64,000 nt of DNA, from positions 124,001 through 188,000 of the IMG/VR virus record IMGVR_UViG_3300022602_000024. One strand, 5' to 3'. Below, piece by piece: positions 16,473 to 25,831 of this stretch; the stretch's first letter is position 1, and every line of letters begins with the position of its first letter. The notes below the pieces were generated by a model. That model did not search any database and had not been told where the DNA came from. It saw only the letters and a list, made by a program, of their open reading frames with translations. Both the position numbers and the translations under genes were made by a program.

Positions 16473-18717
16473 TCATAGGTGAGGTTGGTGTAAATGGTCC
16501 CAACACATTGAATTTAAATTCTTTGTCAAAATCAACTTCTATAACGGTATTTACAGGCACATTTTCAAAAAGTATTTTTTTACTAAGTGGGACTTTAATC
16601 AAATCATTGATCTTACGTCCTAGGGGTCTAGCACCCATTTTGGCATCGTATCCTACTTCTGCCAAGTGATCTACCGCAGTTTCTGTAACACGAATACGAA
16701 TAGACTTTTCGCTAAGTAATTCATTAATTTCATTAATGAATTTACCGACAATTTTCTTGATACTCATGTTATCTAGTTTGTTAAACTTGCAAATACCGTC
16801 TAAACGATTACGAAACTCAGGTCTAAAGAAGTCTTTAACAGCCTTGTCGTCTTCGTCGGTTTTTTGTAATGCAGTACTAAATCCAATAGTATTGCGTTCA
16901 TTGTCGCTGGCACCCAAGTTACTAGTAAGAATAACAATGGCATTACGAGCATCAGCTTTTTTGCCATTACTGCTGGTAATCATACCTTCGTCCATTAAGG
17001 CCAGCAGGATGTTGGTAACGTCTGGGTGTGCTTTTTCAACTTCGTCGAATAAAATAATACAGTTAGGATTCTTTTCGATATCACTAATCAACATACCGCC
17101 ACCTAAGTTGCTGTCATCGTAGCCTACATAGCCCGGGGGTGCACCGATCAGTTTTGCAACTGTATGCTTTTCTTGATATTCACTCATGTCATAGCGTAAC
17201 AGTTTCATACCCATGCCTTCAGCCAATAACTTGGCCAATTCTGTTTTACCAGTACCTGTTGGGCCTAGAAACAAATAACTACCCACAGGCTTGTCCGGAC
17301 TCTTGAGTCCGGCACGAGCAACATAGATCTTTTCCAACACAGTATCTACTACTGTGTCTTGTCCGTACAACTTGTTTTTAATTGTTTCTTCCAGTCCTAC
17401 TAAGCTCTTGGTTGATTCGTTACCAATTTGTTCCACAGGAATCTTGGTAAACTTACTGATAATGTCTACAATATTGCTCTTACGTACAGTCCATCCCATA
17501 GCATTGATTTTTAACTTGGCGGCTGCAGTATCAATCAAGTCAATGGCTTTGTCAGGCAAACGTTTGTCTGGTTGATAACGCACACTTAAATCTACTGCAG
17601 ATTCAATAGCATCGTCACTGATATTGCCACCATGAAACTCTTCAAAATACTCACGTAGTCCACGTAAGATTTCTTTGGCAGTTGCTGGAGTAGGTTCTTC
17701 TACTGTTAGTCTACAGAATCTGCGCATTAGGGCACGATCTTTTTCAAAACTTTGTGTATATTCTTCCCATGTGGTCGAAGCAATAACTTTGATTTGTCCT
17801 TTGGTCAATGCAGGTTTAATCATGTTAGCAAAGTCTACACTTGATCCACCACTGCCAGCACCTGCACCACGCATTTGATGTGCTTCGTCAATGAACAATA
17901 TACATTTGCCTTTGGTTTGTAATGCACCAATAACGTCTTTGAACTTTTCTTCAAACTCGCCACGATACTTACTACCAGCAAGCAATGATCCGATATCTAG
18001 ATTGTAAACGACATAATCACGCAGGTAACCGGGAACTTCACCATTGACAATGTTACGTGCCAGGCCTTCGGCAATGGCAGTCTTACCTACTCCAGCATCT
18101 CCTACTAGTAATACATTTGATTTATTGCGTTTAGCTAATACCTGTGCTATTTCGTCTAGTTCAAATTCACGTCCCACTACAGGGTCAATACGACCTTCAC
18201 GTGCTTGTACATTTAAGTTTTCGCAATGTTCTTTTAGTATTTCGTCGGCACGAGCACTCATAGTACCACGGCGTGGTTTGGTTTCAACATAGTAACTGTT
18301 GTAGAACTCAACTACTGAGCTACGCTCCATTCCGTATTTGACAAAGAAGTAACTAGCGTAACTATTTGTTTCTCCAGCAAGACTCAAAAAGATATCGACA
18401 ATCTGTACATGATGGCGACCGCTAAACAGGACTTGTGTAAGTGCACGATTAAACACACGTTCTAAACTGTGTGTTTTCTTTGGAACACAATCTGCTTCGT
18501 TACTGACCAAATAAGTTTGTTTATTTAAATAGTCTTCTATATCATTCAGTAACCCAACAGTATCTACACCAAATGCAGTCATCAGGTCATTAAATGGTTT
18601 AAAGGTCATTAAGCCGTGTGTGAGATGCTCTAGCGTAACATACTCATGATTATATTTTTTTGCAATGTCTGTGGCATTGGCAATAACGACTTCAATTTCG
18701 GGATTGTGTTGTATCAT
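16429..18717 (-). CDS. clpA: Clp/Hsp100 ATPase, ClpA-like
   Basis: N-domain, Walker A GDAGVGKT and GPTGTGKT, FIDEAH, LIGAPPGYVG, FRPEFRNR, GARPL; no ClpB middle domain seen. Confidence 0.9.
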   Translation of the reverse strand: MIQHNPEIEVVIANATDIAKKYNHEYVTLEHLTHGLMTFKPFNDLMTAFGVDTVGLLNDIEDYLNKQTYLVSNEADCVPKKTHSLERVFNRALTQVLFSGRHHVQIVDIFLSLAGETNSYASYFFVKYGMERSSVVEFYNSYYVETKPRRGTMSARADEILKEHCENLNVQAREGRIDPVVGREFELDEIAQVLAKRNKSNVLLVGDAGVGKTAIAEGLARNIVNGEVPGYLRDYVVYNLDIGSLLAGSKYRGEFEEKFKDVIGALQTKGKCILFIDEAHQMRGAGAGSGGSSVDFANMIKPALTKGQIKVIASTTWEEYTQSFEKDRALMRRFCRLTVEEPTPATAKEILRGLREYFEEFHGGNISDDAIESAVDLSVRYQPDKRLPDKAIDLIDTAAAKLKINAMGWTVRKSNIVDIISKFTKIPVEQIGNESTKSLVGLEETIKNKLYGQDTVVDTVLEKIYVARAGLKSPDKPVGSYLFLGPTGTGKTELAKLLAEGMGMKLLRYDMSEYQEKHTVAKLIGAPPGYVGYDDSNLGGGMLISDIEKNPNCIILFDEVEKAHPDVTNILLALMDEGMITSSNGKKADARNAIVILTSNLGASDNERNTIGFSTALQKTDEDDKAVKDFFRPEFRNRLDGICKFNKLDNMSIKKIVGKFINEINELLSEKSIRIRVTETAVDHLAEVGYDAKMGARPLGRKINDLIKVPLSKKILFENVPVNTVIEVDFDKEFKFNVLGPFTPTSPMIDSNGYIVLDSVQS

Positions 18718-18725
18718 AAAAATAT

Positions 18726-19577
18726 TTATTGTGAATTGACAATTGTTTGTATGTAATCGATTTGATCTGTGGTTAGATTATTTGGTATAGTTATTGCTAA
18801 TTCTGCGTACAAATCCCCTCGCTGGTTAGTATTCATCTGATATAGTCCTTGTCCGCGCAATCTAAATTTCATTCCAGGTTGTGTACCTGGTGGTAATGAC
18901 ATTTCAAATGTCGTTCCATCAATTCCGGTTACTATAACAGTACCTCCGGTGATGGCTTTTAAGCAGTTTACACTGATTTGTGTGTAAAGGTCAATGTTGT
19001 TAATGCCAAACCCTTCTGCAGGTTGTACAGTAAACTGAACAAATAAATCTCCACGTGGCAGTGTATTAAATAGATTATCTCCTAATCCAGAATATCTTAT
19101 TTGTGTACCTGTAGTAACACCTCTAGGTACTTGCACTTCTAATACAGATGTTTCTCCATTTGTTGTTCTTACTTGTACTGTTTTAACTTGATCTGTTAAT
19201 GTAGATGCCAATGATAAAGGAATTTCGATTCGAAGATCTTTATTCTTGCGTGTTTGCTGTTGTTGCCTTACGTGAGCAAATGGATCGTTACCAAAGCCAA
19301 ACTGTCTGAATATATCCCCGATATCTCCGGGCATGCCATTTGAGTGCCATTGGAAATGTACACCACCGGGCATACCTCCAGGATTTTGTCTTTCAAAATC
19401 ATATTGTTGCCGTTTATTGGCATCAGCTAAGGTATCGTAAGCAGTCTGTATTTCTTGAAACCGCCGGGTATCGCCGCCTTTGTCGGGGTGATGTTGACTG
19501 GCCAATTTCCTATAGGCCTTTTTGATTTCATCTGCACTGGCAGACTCACTAACACCCAATGTTTCGTAATGCGTCAT
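18726..19577 (-). CDS. dnaJ: DnaJ-class co-chaperone (CbpA-like, no Zn finger)
   Basis: J domain with HPD (HHPDKGG); C-terminal DnaJ domain. Confidence 0.85.
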   Translation of the reverse strand: MTHYETLGVSESASADEIKKAYRKLASQHHPDKGGDTRRFQEIQTAYDTLADANKRQQYDFERQNPGGMPGGVHFQWHSNGMPGDIGDIFRQFGFGNDPFAHVRQQQQTRKNKDLRIEIPLSLASTLTDQVKTVQVRTTNGETSVLEVQVPRGVTTGTQIRYSGLGDNLFNTLPRGDLFVQFTVQPAEGFGINNIDLYTQISVNCLKAITGGTVIVTGIDGTTFEMSLPPGTQPGMKFRLRGQGLYQMNTNQRGDLYAELAITIPNNLTTDQIDYIQTIVNSQ

Positions 19578-19583
19578 ACTAAT

Positions 19584-19612
19584 ATTATAAAAGAAAAACC
19601 GGATAGAGTCAA
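19584..19612 (-). promoter_or_regulatory. Sigma70-type promoter TTGACT-17-TATAAT for dnaJ-clpA
   Basis: -35 at 19607-19612, -10 at 19584-19589. Confidence 0.75.
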
Positions 19613-19623
19613 ACTATCCGGTT
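19590..19623 (-). terminator. Intrinsic terminator after holin
   Basis: Perfect 10-bp inverted repeat AACCGGATAG/CTATCCGGTT followed by a U-tract on the minus strand. Confidence 0.8.
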
Positions 19624-19639
19624 AAAGTTAACAGGTAAC

Positions 19640-20320
19640 TTACTTGGCTGCTACGCCTGCTTCTTTTTCTTTGGTACGTCCAAATGCGCTAACACCTAGA
19701 ATACCACCAAAGGCCAAGTGGATAAGTCCACCGTTGCTCAAGGTCAAACTTTGCCATGCAGTATATCCAATTTGAACACCAAAGCCACGTTCTATAATAG
19801 GCAGGAACATACTGATCATAGGAAACGCCACAAAGTCCATAAAACAAATCAACATATATAACCAACCCATTGCTGGACGCCAAAATGCTTTCATCCAGTG
19901 TTCGGGTTCTTGTCCGGCCTGTGCGTTCATTAACTGTCCAAATGCTGCAGTGGTATTGGCATCGGGTGCTACCTGTTGCTGTTGTCCCATCATCGGGCGT
20001 TGTTGGTTGTATCCACTGCCAAATCCTCCTGATGGATTACCGAACCCGCCAGGTGAGCCTCCAAACCCGCCTCCGCTAAAGCTACTTGCGTTGTTCCCGC
20101 CGAGCGGGGTTGCACCAAAACCACTTGTGCTGGGACTGCCGAATCCTCCTGCTTGAGGTGCGCCAAATGCTGGTGCAGGTGTTGTTGCGGTGGGCGCGAC
20201 GGGTGTTGCATTGCTGGCTCCAAAGAAACTGGGAGCACTAGACGTTGCTCCGGGTGGTAATGCTGCAGGCGCAGTTGTTGTGGTTGCAGTTAATTGATCA
20301 TCAGGGTCTAATTTTGGCAT
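19640..20320 (-). CDS. Putative holin (GTA 3TM-like) with long Gly/Pro/Phe-rich N-terminus
   Basis: C-terminal WRPAMGWLYM..FGGILGVSAFGRTKEK; end of lysis cassette. Confidence 0.6.
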   Translation of the reverse strand: MPKLDPDDQLTATTTTAPAALPPGATSSAPSFFGASNATPVAPTATTPAPAFGAPQAGGFGSPSTSGFGATPLGGNNASSFSGGGFGGSPGGFGNPSGGFGSGYNQQRPMMGQQQQVAPDANTTAAFGQLMNAQAGQEPEHWMKAFWRPAMGWLYMLICFMDFVAFPMISMFLPIIERGFGVQIGYTAWQSLTLSNGGLIHLAFGGILGVSAFGRTKEKEAGVAAK

Positions 20321-20330
20321 TTTTCTTTCC

Positions 20331-20588
20331 TTATACTAAGCCGGCTAAATTGATTAGTCCATTTATAATAGTATTCAATTCTTCTTTGAAAGCAAGTTGT
20401 TGCTCGTCTTGGATAATATCCATTTGACGTTGAATATCTTTGAGAGTCTCTCCTGCTTCAGCAGGGCTCATGGCATTTGTTTGTACCTGTTGAACAACTT
20501 GTTGAACAAATTGTGCGGCGTTAGCAAATGCTGCGTCGTGGCCAGAGGCCATTGTGGCTAAACGTTGGTTAATTTCATCTAAGTTCAT
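20331..20588 (-). CDS. Hypothetical helical protein
   Basis: ORF track; coupled to upstream lipoprotein. Confidence 0.55.
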   Translation of the reverse strand: MNLDEINQRLATMASGHDAAFANAAQFVQQVVQQVQTNAMSPAEAGETLKDIQRQMDIIQDEQQLAFKEELNTIINGLINLAGLV

Positions 20589-20989
20589 CTTGGTCTATTT
20601 CCTATAACATGTTGCATTAAACCTGCACTATTTTCTATCGCTCCAAACTTCAACTTACAAAACACAGGACTCACAGGATCGCCTTTGTTATAGCGTTCTA
20701 CTAGGCCTTGTGCAATTTCGTTCAATGATGTAGCAGCTTTGTAGTTGTCATCATTCTTGGGAATATTTTCACTGTACAGTTTAAATGCATTGGTTTCGTA
20801 GGCTATACGTTCAGCATTGGCACGACTGGCCACTGCGTCATCACATTTGGTTTTAAACTGGCCGGCATCAGCACGGATAACAGTAATGTTGTTGTACTCG
20901 TTGGGATCATAATGCGTCATCAAGTAAGCATCAATTACAGTACAACTTGAAAGCATCAATACTGCAGGGATTAGTAGAAGTTTGCGCAT
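20585..20989 (-). CDS. Putative lipoprotein
   Basis: Signal MRKLLLIPAVLMLSSC (lipobox LSSC). Confidence 0.65.
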   Translation of the reverse strand: MRKLLLIPAVLMLSSCTVIDAYLMTHYDPNEYNNITVIRADAGQFKTKCDDAVASRANAERIAYETNAFKLYSENIPKNDDNYKAATSLNEIAQGLVERYNKGDPVSPVFCKLKFGAIENSAGLMQHVIGNRPR

Positions 20990-21267
20990 TATTTTACCCG
21001 ATCAAATATTTGTTTTTGTGTATTATACCAGTCATTCCAGTTGTCAACACGTGCACGGCATTCATGATACTTGGTATAGTTGTCGGCTACATTACCAATC
21101 ACATCACTGAGTTTGTCTGTGTCAACAGGCAACACACCAAGATCTGGGCAAGCAACTTTTAAATCTTCAGGCACATCTGGGAATGACATAACAACAGGAA
21201 CTGGCTTGCTGGCACACCCAGACAACATTAATACTGTGGCTATTAAAAATATTTGTCCATATCTCAT
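20989..21267 (-). CDS. Putative o-spanin (Rz1-like lipoprotein)
   Basis: Lipobox LSGC, Pro-rich segment, follows i-spanin-like gene. Confidence 0.65.
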   Translation of the reverse strand: MRYGQIFLIATVLMLSGCASKPVPVVMSFPDVPEDLKVACPDLGVLPVDTDKLSDVIGNVADNYTKYHECRARVDNWNDWYNTQKQIFDRVK

Positions 21268-21725
21268 TTGTTGTCCTTCTTGGGTGCTAGTGGGTACTTG
21301 GCAGCTGAATTCAATATGTGTACTGCATCAGGATCTACTTTGCACTCAGCATCAATTTTGGTTGCAATGGTCTTGATACGTTCATGTATAACAACTTGAC
21401 GTTGATGAATAACTTTAACTTTTTGTTTGCTGGCCTTGGCCAACTTATCATTGGCCGCTTTTCCGGCTGCTTCGGCTGCCGCAACTTTGGCCTGCACTTC
21501 TTCAACTCGCTTACGCCACTCTAATTCTGTACTGTAACTGCCAAAGAAATAAACTCCGGCTATGGTGATTACCACTGCGGCTACTCTCACTGGAGTTTTG
21601 ATCAGCAATGCTGGTTTGTAAAATTGAAACAGGTAAGTGGCAAGATATGTCACCACACCCAAGACCATAATAGCAATAGTTGCCAAGTATAACCAACTAT
21701 CGGGAATGAAACTTAACATCCACAT
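21264..21725 (-). CDS. Putative i-spanin (Rz-like)
   Basis: N-terminal TM segments then coiled coil; directly after endolysin. Confidence 0.6.
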   Translation of the reverse strand: MWMLSFIPDSWLYLATIAIMVLGVVTYLATYLFQFYKPALLIKTPVRVAAVVITIAGVYFFGSYSTELEWRKRVEEVQAKVAAAEAAGKAANDKLAKASKQKVKVIHQRQVVIHERIKTIATKIDAECKVDPDAVHILNSAAKYPLAPKKDNK

Positions 21726-21726
21726 G

Positions 21727-22350
21727 TTATGCTCCGAATACTTGTAGTGCGTGTTGGAAGCGTGCTACCCGATCGTCTAGACCCAGGTAACCACCATTGA
21801 TCACTTTGGTTAGTCCATGCATGTCTTGTACATCTGCATAGTGATTGCAATTGTGATGTTCCCAGAAGAAACAAGCCGACTCTACTGCCCCGTCGGGAGT
21901 TTCACAATAGTTAACAGTTTCTTCTAGTCCTTTACCAATTTCCTTGGCAAATGCTTCGTATAGGCTACGGCCAGTGAGTTGAATCAATCCACGACCATGG
22001 AACATCCATCCATCTCCGCTTTCTTCGGGACCATTGCCCATACGGTCACAATAGGCTCGGTTGGCAATCATTTCAGGATGATGTGCGTATTGTTCGGCTA
22101 CACCTGGCGGGAAACGTTTTGGCCAAATGCTGCTTAACGCATGAGCCTGATAGTTTAAATTTTCTTTGAGCGCAGTATATCCGCCGGACTCGTGGGCAGT
22201 TTGCGCCATGAATGCCGCAACTCTTACTGGACTGGTAATTTGGTATTTAGGCAATTCATCACACAAGGCAGCATGCCATTGTGCGGATTGATGATTGCCT
22301 GCTAATATTTGTGCTACTTGATCTGCTCTAAAGTCAAACTCGAATGCCAT
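21727..22350 (-). CDS. GH19 chitinase/lysozyme-family endolysin
   Basis: AAFMAQTAHESGG, ENLNY, FHGRGLIQLTG, TKVINGG motifs; start at 22350 has SD GGAG. Confidence 0.9.
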   Translation of the reverse strand: MAFEFDFRADQVAQILAGNHQSAQWHAALCDELPKYQITSPVRVAAFMAQTAHESGGYTALKENLNYQAHALSSIWPKRFPPGVAEQYAHHPEMIANRAYCDRMGNGPEESGDGWMFHGRGLIQLTGRSLYEAFAKEIGKGLEETVNYCETPDGAVESACFFWEHHNCNHYADVQDMHGLTKVINGGYLGLDDRVARFQHALQVFGA

Positions 22351-22422
22351 AACTAACTCCTTTGATACAGTATTTACCAAAGGAGTTGTTAAATTTTATT
22401 ACGTTTCTATTATATACGCAGT

Positions 22423-22968
22423 TTATCGTATACCAGCGGCTGCACGCAATGATTCTGTAAAATCGTTTTTGGGTGCTTTGGTATCTACTTTGACACCAGC
22501 GGCAGTTTTTAGTTGGTCTATTGCTTCGTGTCCGTATTCACGTTCGTATGCTTCGGGACTGTTGGGTATTAAGTCTTGTAGTGATTCTAAACTTAGTTGC
22601 GTTTCTGTGCGTCCTTTGTAGTAACGAACACGCCAATCCTCAATCTTTTGCTCAGTTACATTCATTAGGTCTTCCATCAAAGCCATGATGTTTTCAGCAA
22701 CATCATGTTTACGATCCAACTCTACAAAAACAATGTAACTACCATCATCCATTTCACCCGAACTAACATCTGCATCAATAACCCAAGGATAACCTTTTTC
22801 AATAAATGCCACCAAGTCTTGTGCGGGCTCTTTGGCATCCAGTTTAAAACTGACCACAACAACATCGCAGTCGTCGCCTAGTTTGCTTTTGAATTCGTCA
22901 ATATGCAATTCAGGGTGTACTAAACGCTTTAGATCTCCGTGCTCAAGTCCTTCGAATATATTAGACAT
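22423..22968 (-). CDS. Conserved-type phage hypothetical protein
   Basis: Start at 22968 (MSNIFEG) has SD GGAG and ATG beside upstream stop. Confidence 0.6.
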   Translation of the reverse strand: MSNIFEGLEHGDLKRLVHPELHIDEFKSKLGDDCDVVVVSFKLDAKEPAQDLVAFIEKGYPWVIDADVSSGEMDDGSYIVFVELDRKHDVAENIMALMEDLMNVTEQKIEDWRVRYYKGRTETQLSLESLQDLIPNSPEAYEREYGHEAIDQLKTAAGVKVDTKAPKNDFTESLRAAAGIR

Positions 22969-23524
22969 TTGCAGCTCCTGGTTGTTGCTCTGGAGCAATA
23001 CCTGCTTCAGCATTGACATTTGACTGTTGATTTACAGCTTCATTGTCGGCGCCAGTTTCGTAGGCTTGATCGACTTCTTCCATGTCAACTGTACCCGACT
23101 CTAATTCTAACGCACCTTGTTGTATGTCCTGCATTAGTTTCTTGGGCATAATGATTTCAACCAGCCATACAGGACTTTTTACATCCTTGGGCACTTTAGT
23201 ACCAGGCTTAAAATCGTATGGGGTCTTAATCTTTACAGGGTGTTCAAAGTAATCTTTTTTGTAGTTTACTTCAATGTCGTATTCGCTTAGACGTGCAGCT
23301 CCGCGTGGATCAGGCATTTTTTTGTAGGGCCACATAAAAGTACATTTAACAAAATACTTTTCGTATTCGGGACCGTCTACTAATTCACCTTGTTTCCAGT
23401 TGGCAAATGCATATAAGTCAAGTTCGTCTACAACACGCTCAAAATCTAACAGTGTGCTGACAGCACTATCTGTCATTAAGATTTCTTTGGTGTTTTGTAA
23501 TAAGTCTCTAATTTTTGCAGGCAT
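22961..23524 (-). CDS. Phage hypothetical protein
   Basis: ORF track; preceded by GATAAATA. Confidence 0.6.
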   Translation of the reverse strand: MPAKIRDLLQNTKEILMTDSAVSTLLDFERVVDELDLYAFANWKQGELVDGPEYEKYFVKCTFMWPYKKMPDPRGAARLSEYDIEVNYKKDYFEHPVKIKTPYDFKPGTKVPKDVKSPVWLVEIIMPKKLMQDIQQGALELESGTVDMEEVDQAYETGADNEAVNQQSNVNAEAGIAPEQQPGAANV

Positions 23525-23560
23525 AGTGTAAATATTTATCAGTTATTTAAACAATGCAAC

Positions 23561-24856
23561 TTATCTGATCTGCTTTAATTTTTTGTCTTTTATTGTAACA
23601 TTATTGTTAGTATAATTTTGCAAATACCCATTATTAGTAAATGCAGGAACGGTGTTATTGGTTGCAGTACTGGGTCCTAAATAATAAAACGGACTTAGTT
23701 GTATAGTTAACCCAGTGGGTTTATTTGATTCGTACAAAAAATATTTTGGATCTATTTTGTCTATTAGAAAATTAATTCCAGCCTCCCAGGCTCCGTACAA
23801 TTTTGTATTTTTAAAGTTCTGATAGAACCAAGTATCCATTTCATTATAAAAACTGTTGGTGGGTTTGCTTGTTTGCCATGTAGATAGGTCATAGTCTGGA
23901 TATATTATAGATTTAACAATATTCTCGTATGTACTGCGCCTAGCGATATTATTCATATTGGCAAATTCTACCAGGTAGTTAAGATGTGAATTGTGTGCTT
24001 GATCAAACCAATTTTTAACCAGATGAGCTTGTTTAATACATATTTCCGGAAAGTCGGGAGTCCAGTAGAACAATTCGTTTGTAATATTAGAGTAATCTCC
24101 AACTATTGGGTGAGCACTATTTGTATGCAAATCAGAAAAGAATAAGTACCACTCTTTATTAATCAACAATAAACGTGGTTTATCGATCCCAATAACCACT
24201 GCAATTTTTTTACCCGAATCTAATAAAGCACGATGCTCGGGCAAGTTAAATTGATCATATTTGTCACTGTGTGCTGGCTGAAACCAATGTCTTGTTTGAA
24301 AAATCCATGACTCATCTCTAGTATCTGCTTGTTCGAGCATATTTTCTGCAAAATCGTGAATCCTGACAATGGTTTTTGGAAAATTTGTTTTAACCCAATT
24401 TAACAAAGGCTGTGCAGCAAACTGAAACTCACTTAGAGTATTTTCTGCACTGGTGTTAAATGGATCGTTGGTTACATCTTTTTCGCCGGTTTTAGGATAT
24501 CTAAAAATTATCTCGTCTAAATGTATACCATTTAATAAAAAAGCAAATGCTGCAGTTGTGCTATCACTGCCCCCGCTGCATTCTAAACGAATATAATCAT
24601 AGTTGTCTCGTAGTTGTTGTGCACGCATACGATACAATTCTCTAATGTTAACACCGGGCTCTATTGTCCAGTCTAACTTACCATAAGTATCTAAATTAAA
24701 TTTCCAACTTGGCCCTTGGTTAACTTTGGTTGCATACATATACGCCTGGGGTTTAGAATAAAATATCTTATCACCAACTTTGTAGTATCCAAGTTTGGGG
24801 TTGGTATCAACCCCGGGTATATCGTAAATTGCCATAAGTTTATTGTAACGAGACAC
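23561..24856 (-). CDS. PP-loop (adenine nucleotide alpha-hydrolase / asparagine synthetase-like) protein
   Basis: SGGSDS motif; clear paralog of 26940..28130 (KLGYY.VGDKIF, FYWTPD.PE, WQ/FQTSKPTNSFYNEMD). Confidence 0.7.
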   Translation of the reverse strand: MSRYNKLMAIYDIPGVDTNPKLGYYKVGDKIFYSKPQAYMYATKVNQGPSWKFNLDTYGKLDWTIEPGVNIRELYRMRAQQLRDNYDYIRLECSGGSDSTTAAFAFLLNGIHLDEIIFRYPKTGEKDVTNDPFNTSAENTLSEFQFAAQPLLNWVKTNFPKTIVRIHDFAENMLEQADTRDESWIFQTRHWFQPAHSDKYDQFNLPEHRALLDSGKKIAVVIGIDKPRLLLINKEWYLFFSDLHTNSAHPIVGDYSNITNELFYWTPDFPEICIKQAHLVKNWFDQAHNSHLNYLVEFANMNNIARRSTYENIVKSIIYPDYDLSTWQTSKPTNSFYNEMDTWFYQNFKNTKLYGAWEAGINFLIDKIDPKYFLYESNKPTGLTIQLSPFYYLGPSTATNNTVPAFTNNGYLQNYTNNNVTIKDKKLKQIR

Positions 24857-25751
24857 CTTGTGTCAGACGGCGCCAATCATTGGTTTGTTTGTGGTACCAA
24901 GTTTGAATTTCGGCATCAGGGGCTTGGTCAATGTCTTGGCAATGGTCGGGCTTGAATGAATCTAATACAACTTGGCTACGACCTGCTTTTAGCAAGATTT
25001 CGCGCCATTCTTTAAATTTACTATCCGACATATTTGCAGGCACTAATAACTGTGCTGGGCTATTCATTAACTCTAAATCTTTGCTGAATCCTTCTGATGC
25101 TAATGTTTTGACTCCAGCAACAGTCTGATTACCGGTAATACCCAGTGCATAAATTTGATTTTTACCTTCTTTGTATTGTTCAATGTCGCCTAGGAAGTTG
25201 ACAGAAAAATCAGTTGTACCATTTAGAACTGACAATACTGCTTCGCTGGTGCTTTTAAAAGGAATAACAACCAAGTTGGGATATTTTTTAGCAAGTTGTG
25301 TAACTACAAGATGTGTAGTTGTGCCAAGCCCACTGATCCCGATGCTCAATGATTTATCATGTGGTACTTCATTCCATGATTTGTATTTTTTACTTGCAAT
25401 AACAATAGGGGCACTGCATACTGGCAATAGTTCTTTAAATTGACCAATGTCGTGACTTTCAGACACAGGAAAGAAATTGGGTCTAATAAAAAATGCAGAA
25501 CTATTTGCTAGAATAGAATTGTTTTGTGAATTACTTAGTATATAGTTGGCTGCAACACTACCACCAGCCCCGGGTTTAGTATCGAAAATAAATGTGTATT
25601 TGTCTTGTATTTTGTTTGCTTCGTCAGCAAGCGAGCGATGAAAGTTTGCTGCCGTGTCGGATGCTGTCCAACTATAAATGATTGTTACAACTTCTCGTGC
25701 CTGTGCAGTTAGTACAGAGGCGAGAAGGAGAACTGATAAAAGTTTTTTCAT
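24840..25751 (-). CDS. Bug/TctC-family periplasmic solute-binding protein
   Basis: Signal MKKLLSVLLLASVLTAQA; KPGAGGSVA; GLGTTTHL; IPFKSTSEA. Confidence 0.8.
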   Translation of the reverse strand: MKKLLSVLLLASVLTAQAREVVTIIYSWTASDTAANFHRSLADEANKIQDKYTFIFDTKPGAGGSVAANYILSNSQNNSILANSSAFFIRPNFFPVSESHDIGQFKELLPVCSAPIVIASKKYKSWNEVPHDKSLSIGISGLGTTTHLVVTQLAKKYPNLVVIPFKSTSEAVLSVLNGTTDFSVNFLGDIEQYKEGKNQIYALGITGNQTVAGVKTLASEGFSKDLELMNSPAQLLVPANMSDSKFKEWREILLKAGRSQVVLDSFKPDHCQDIDQAPDAEIQTWYHKQTNDWRRLTQGVSLQ

Positions 25752-25831
25752 AAAATATTTCCTATTTGTTTGTATGAGTATACGAGAAAGTGAATGGGAA
25801 GTCAATCCCATTCACTGATTGAAATTACCGA

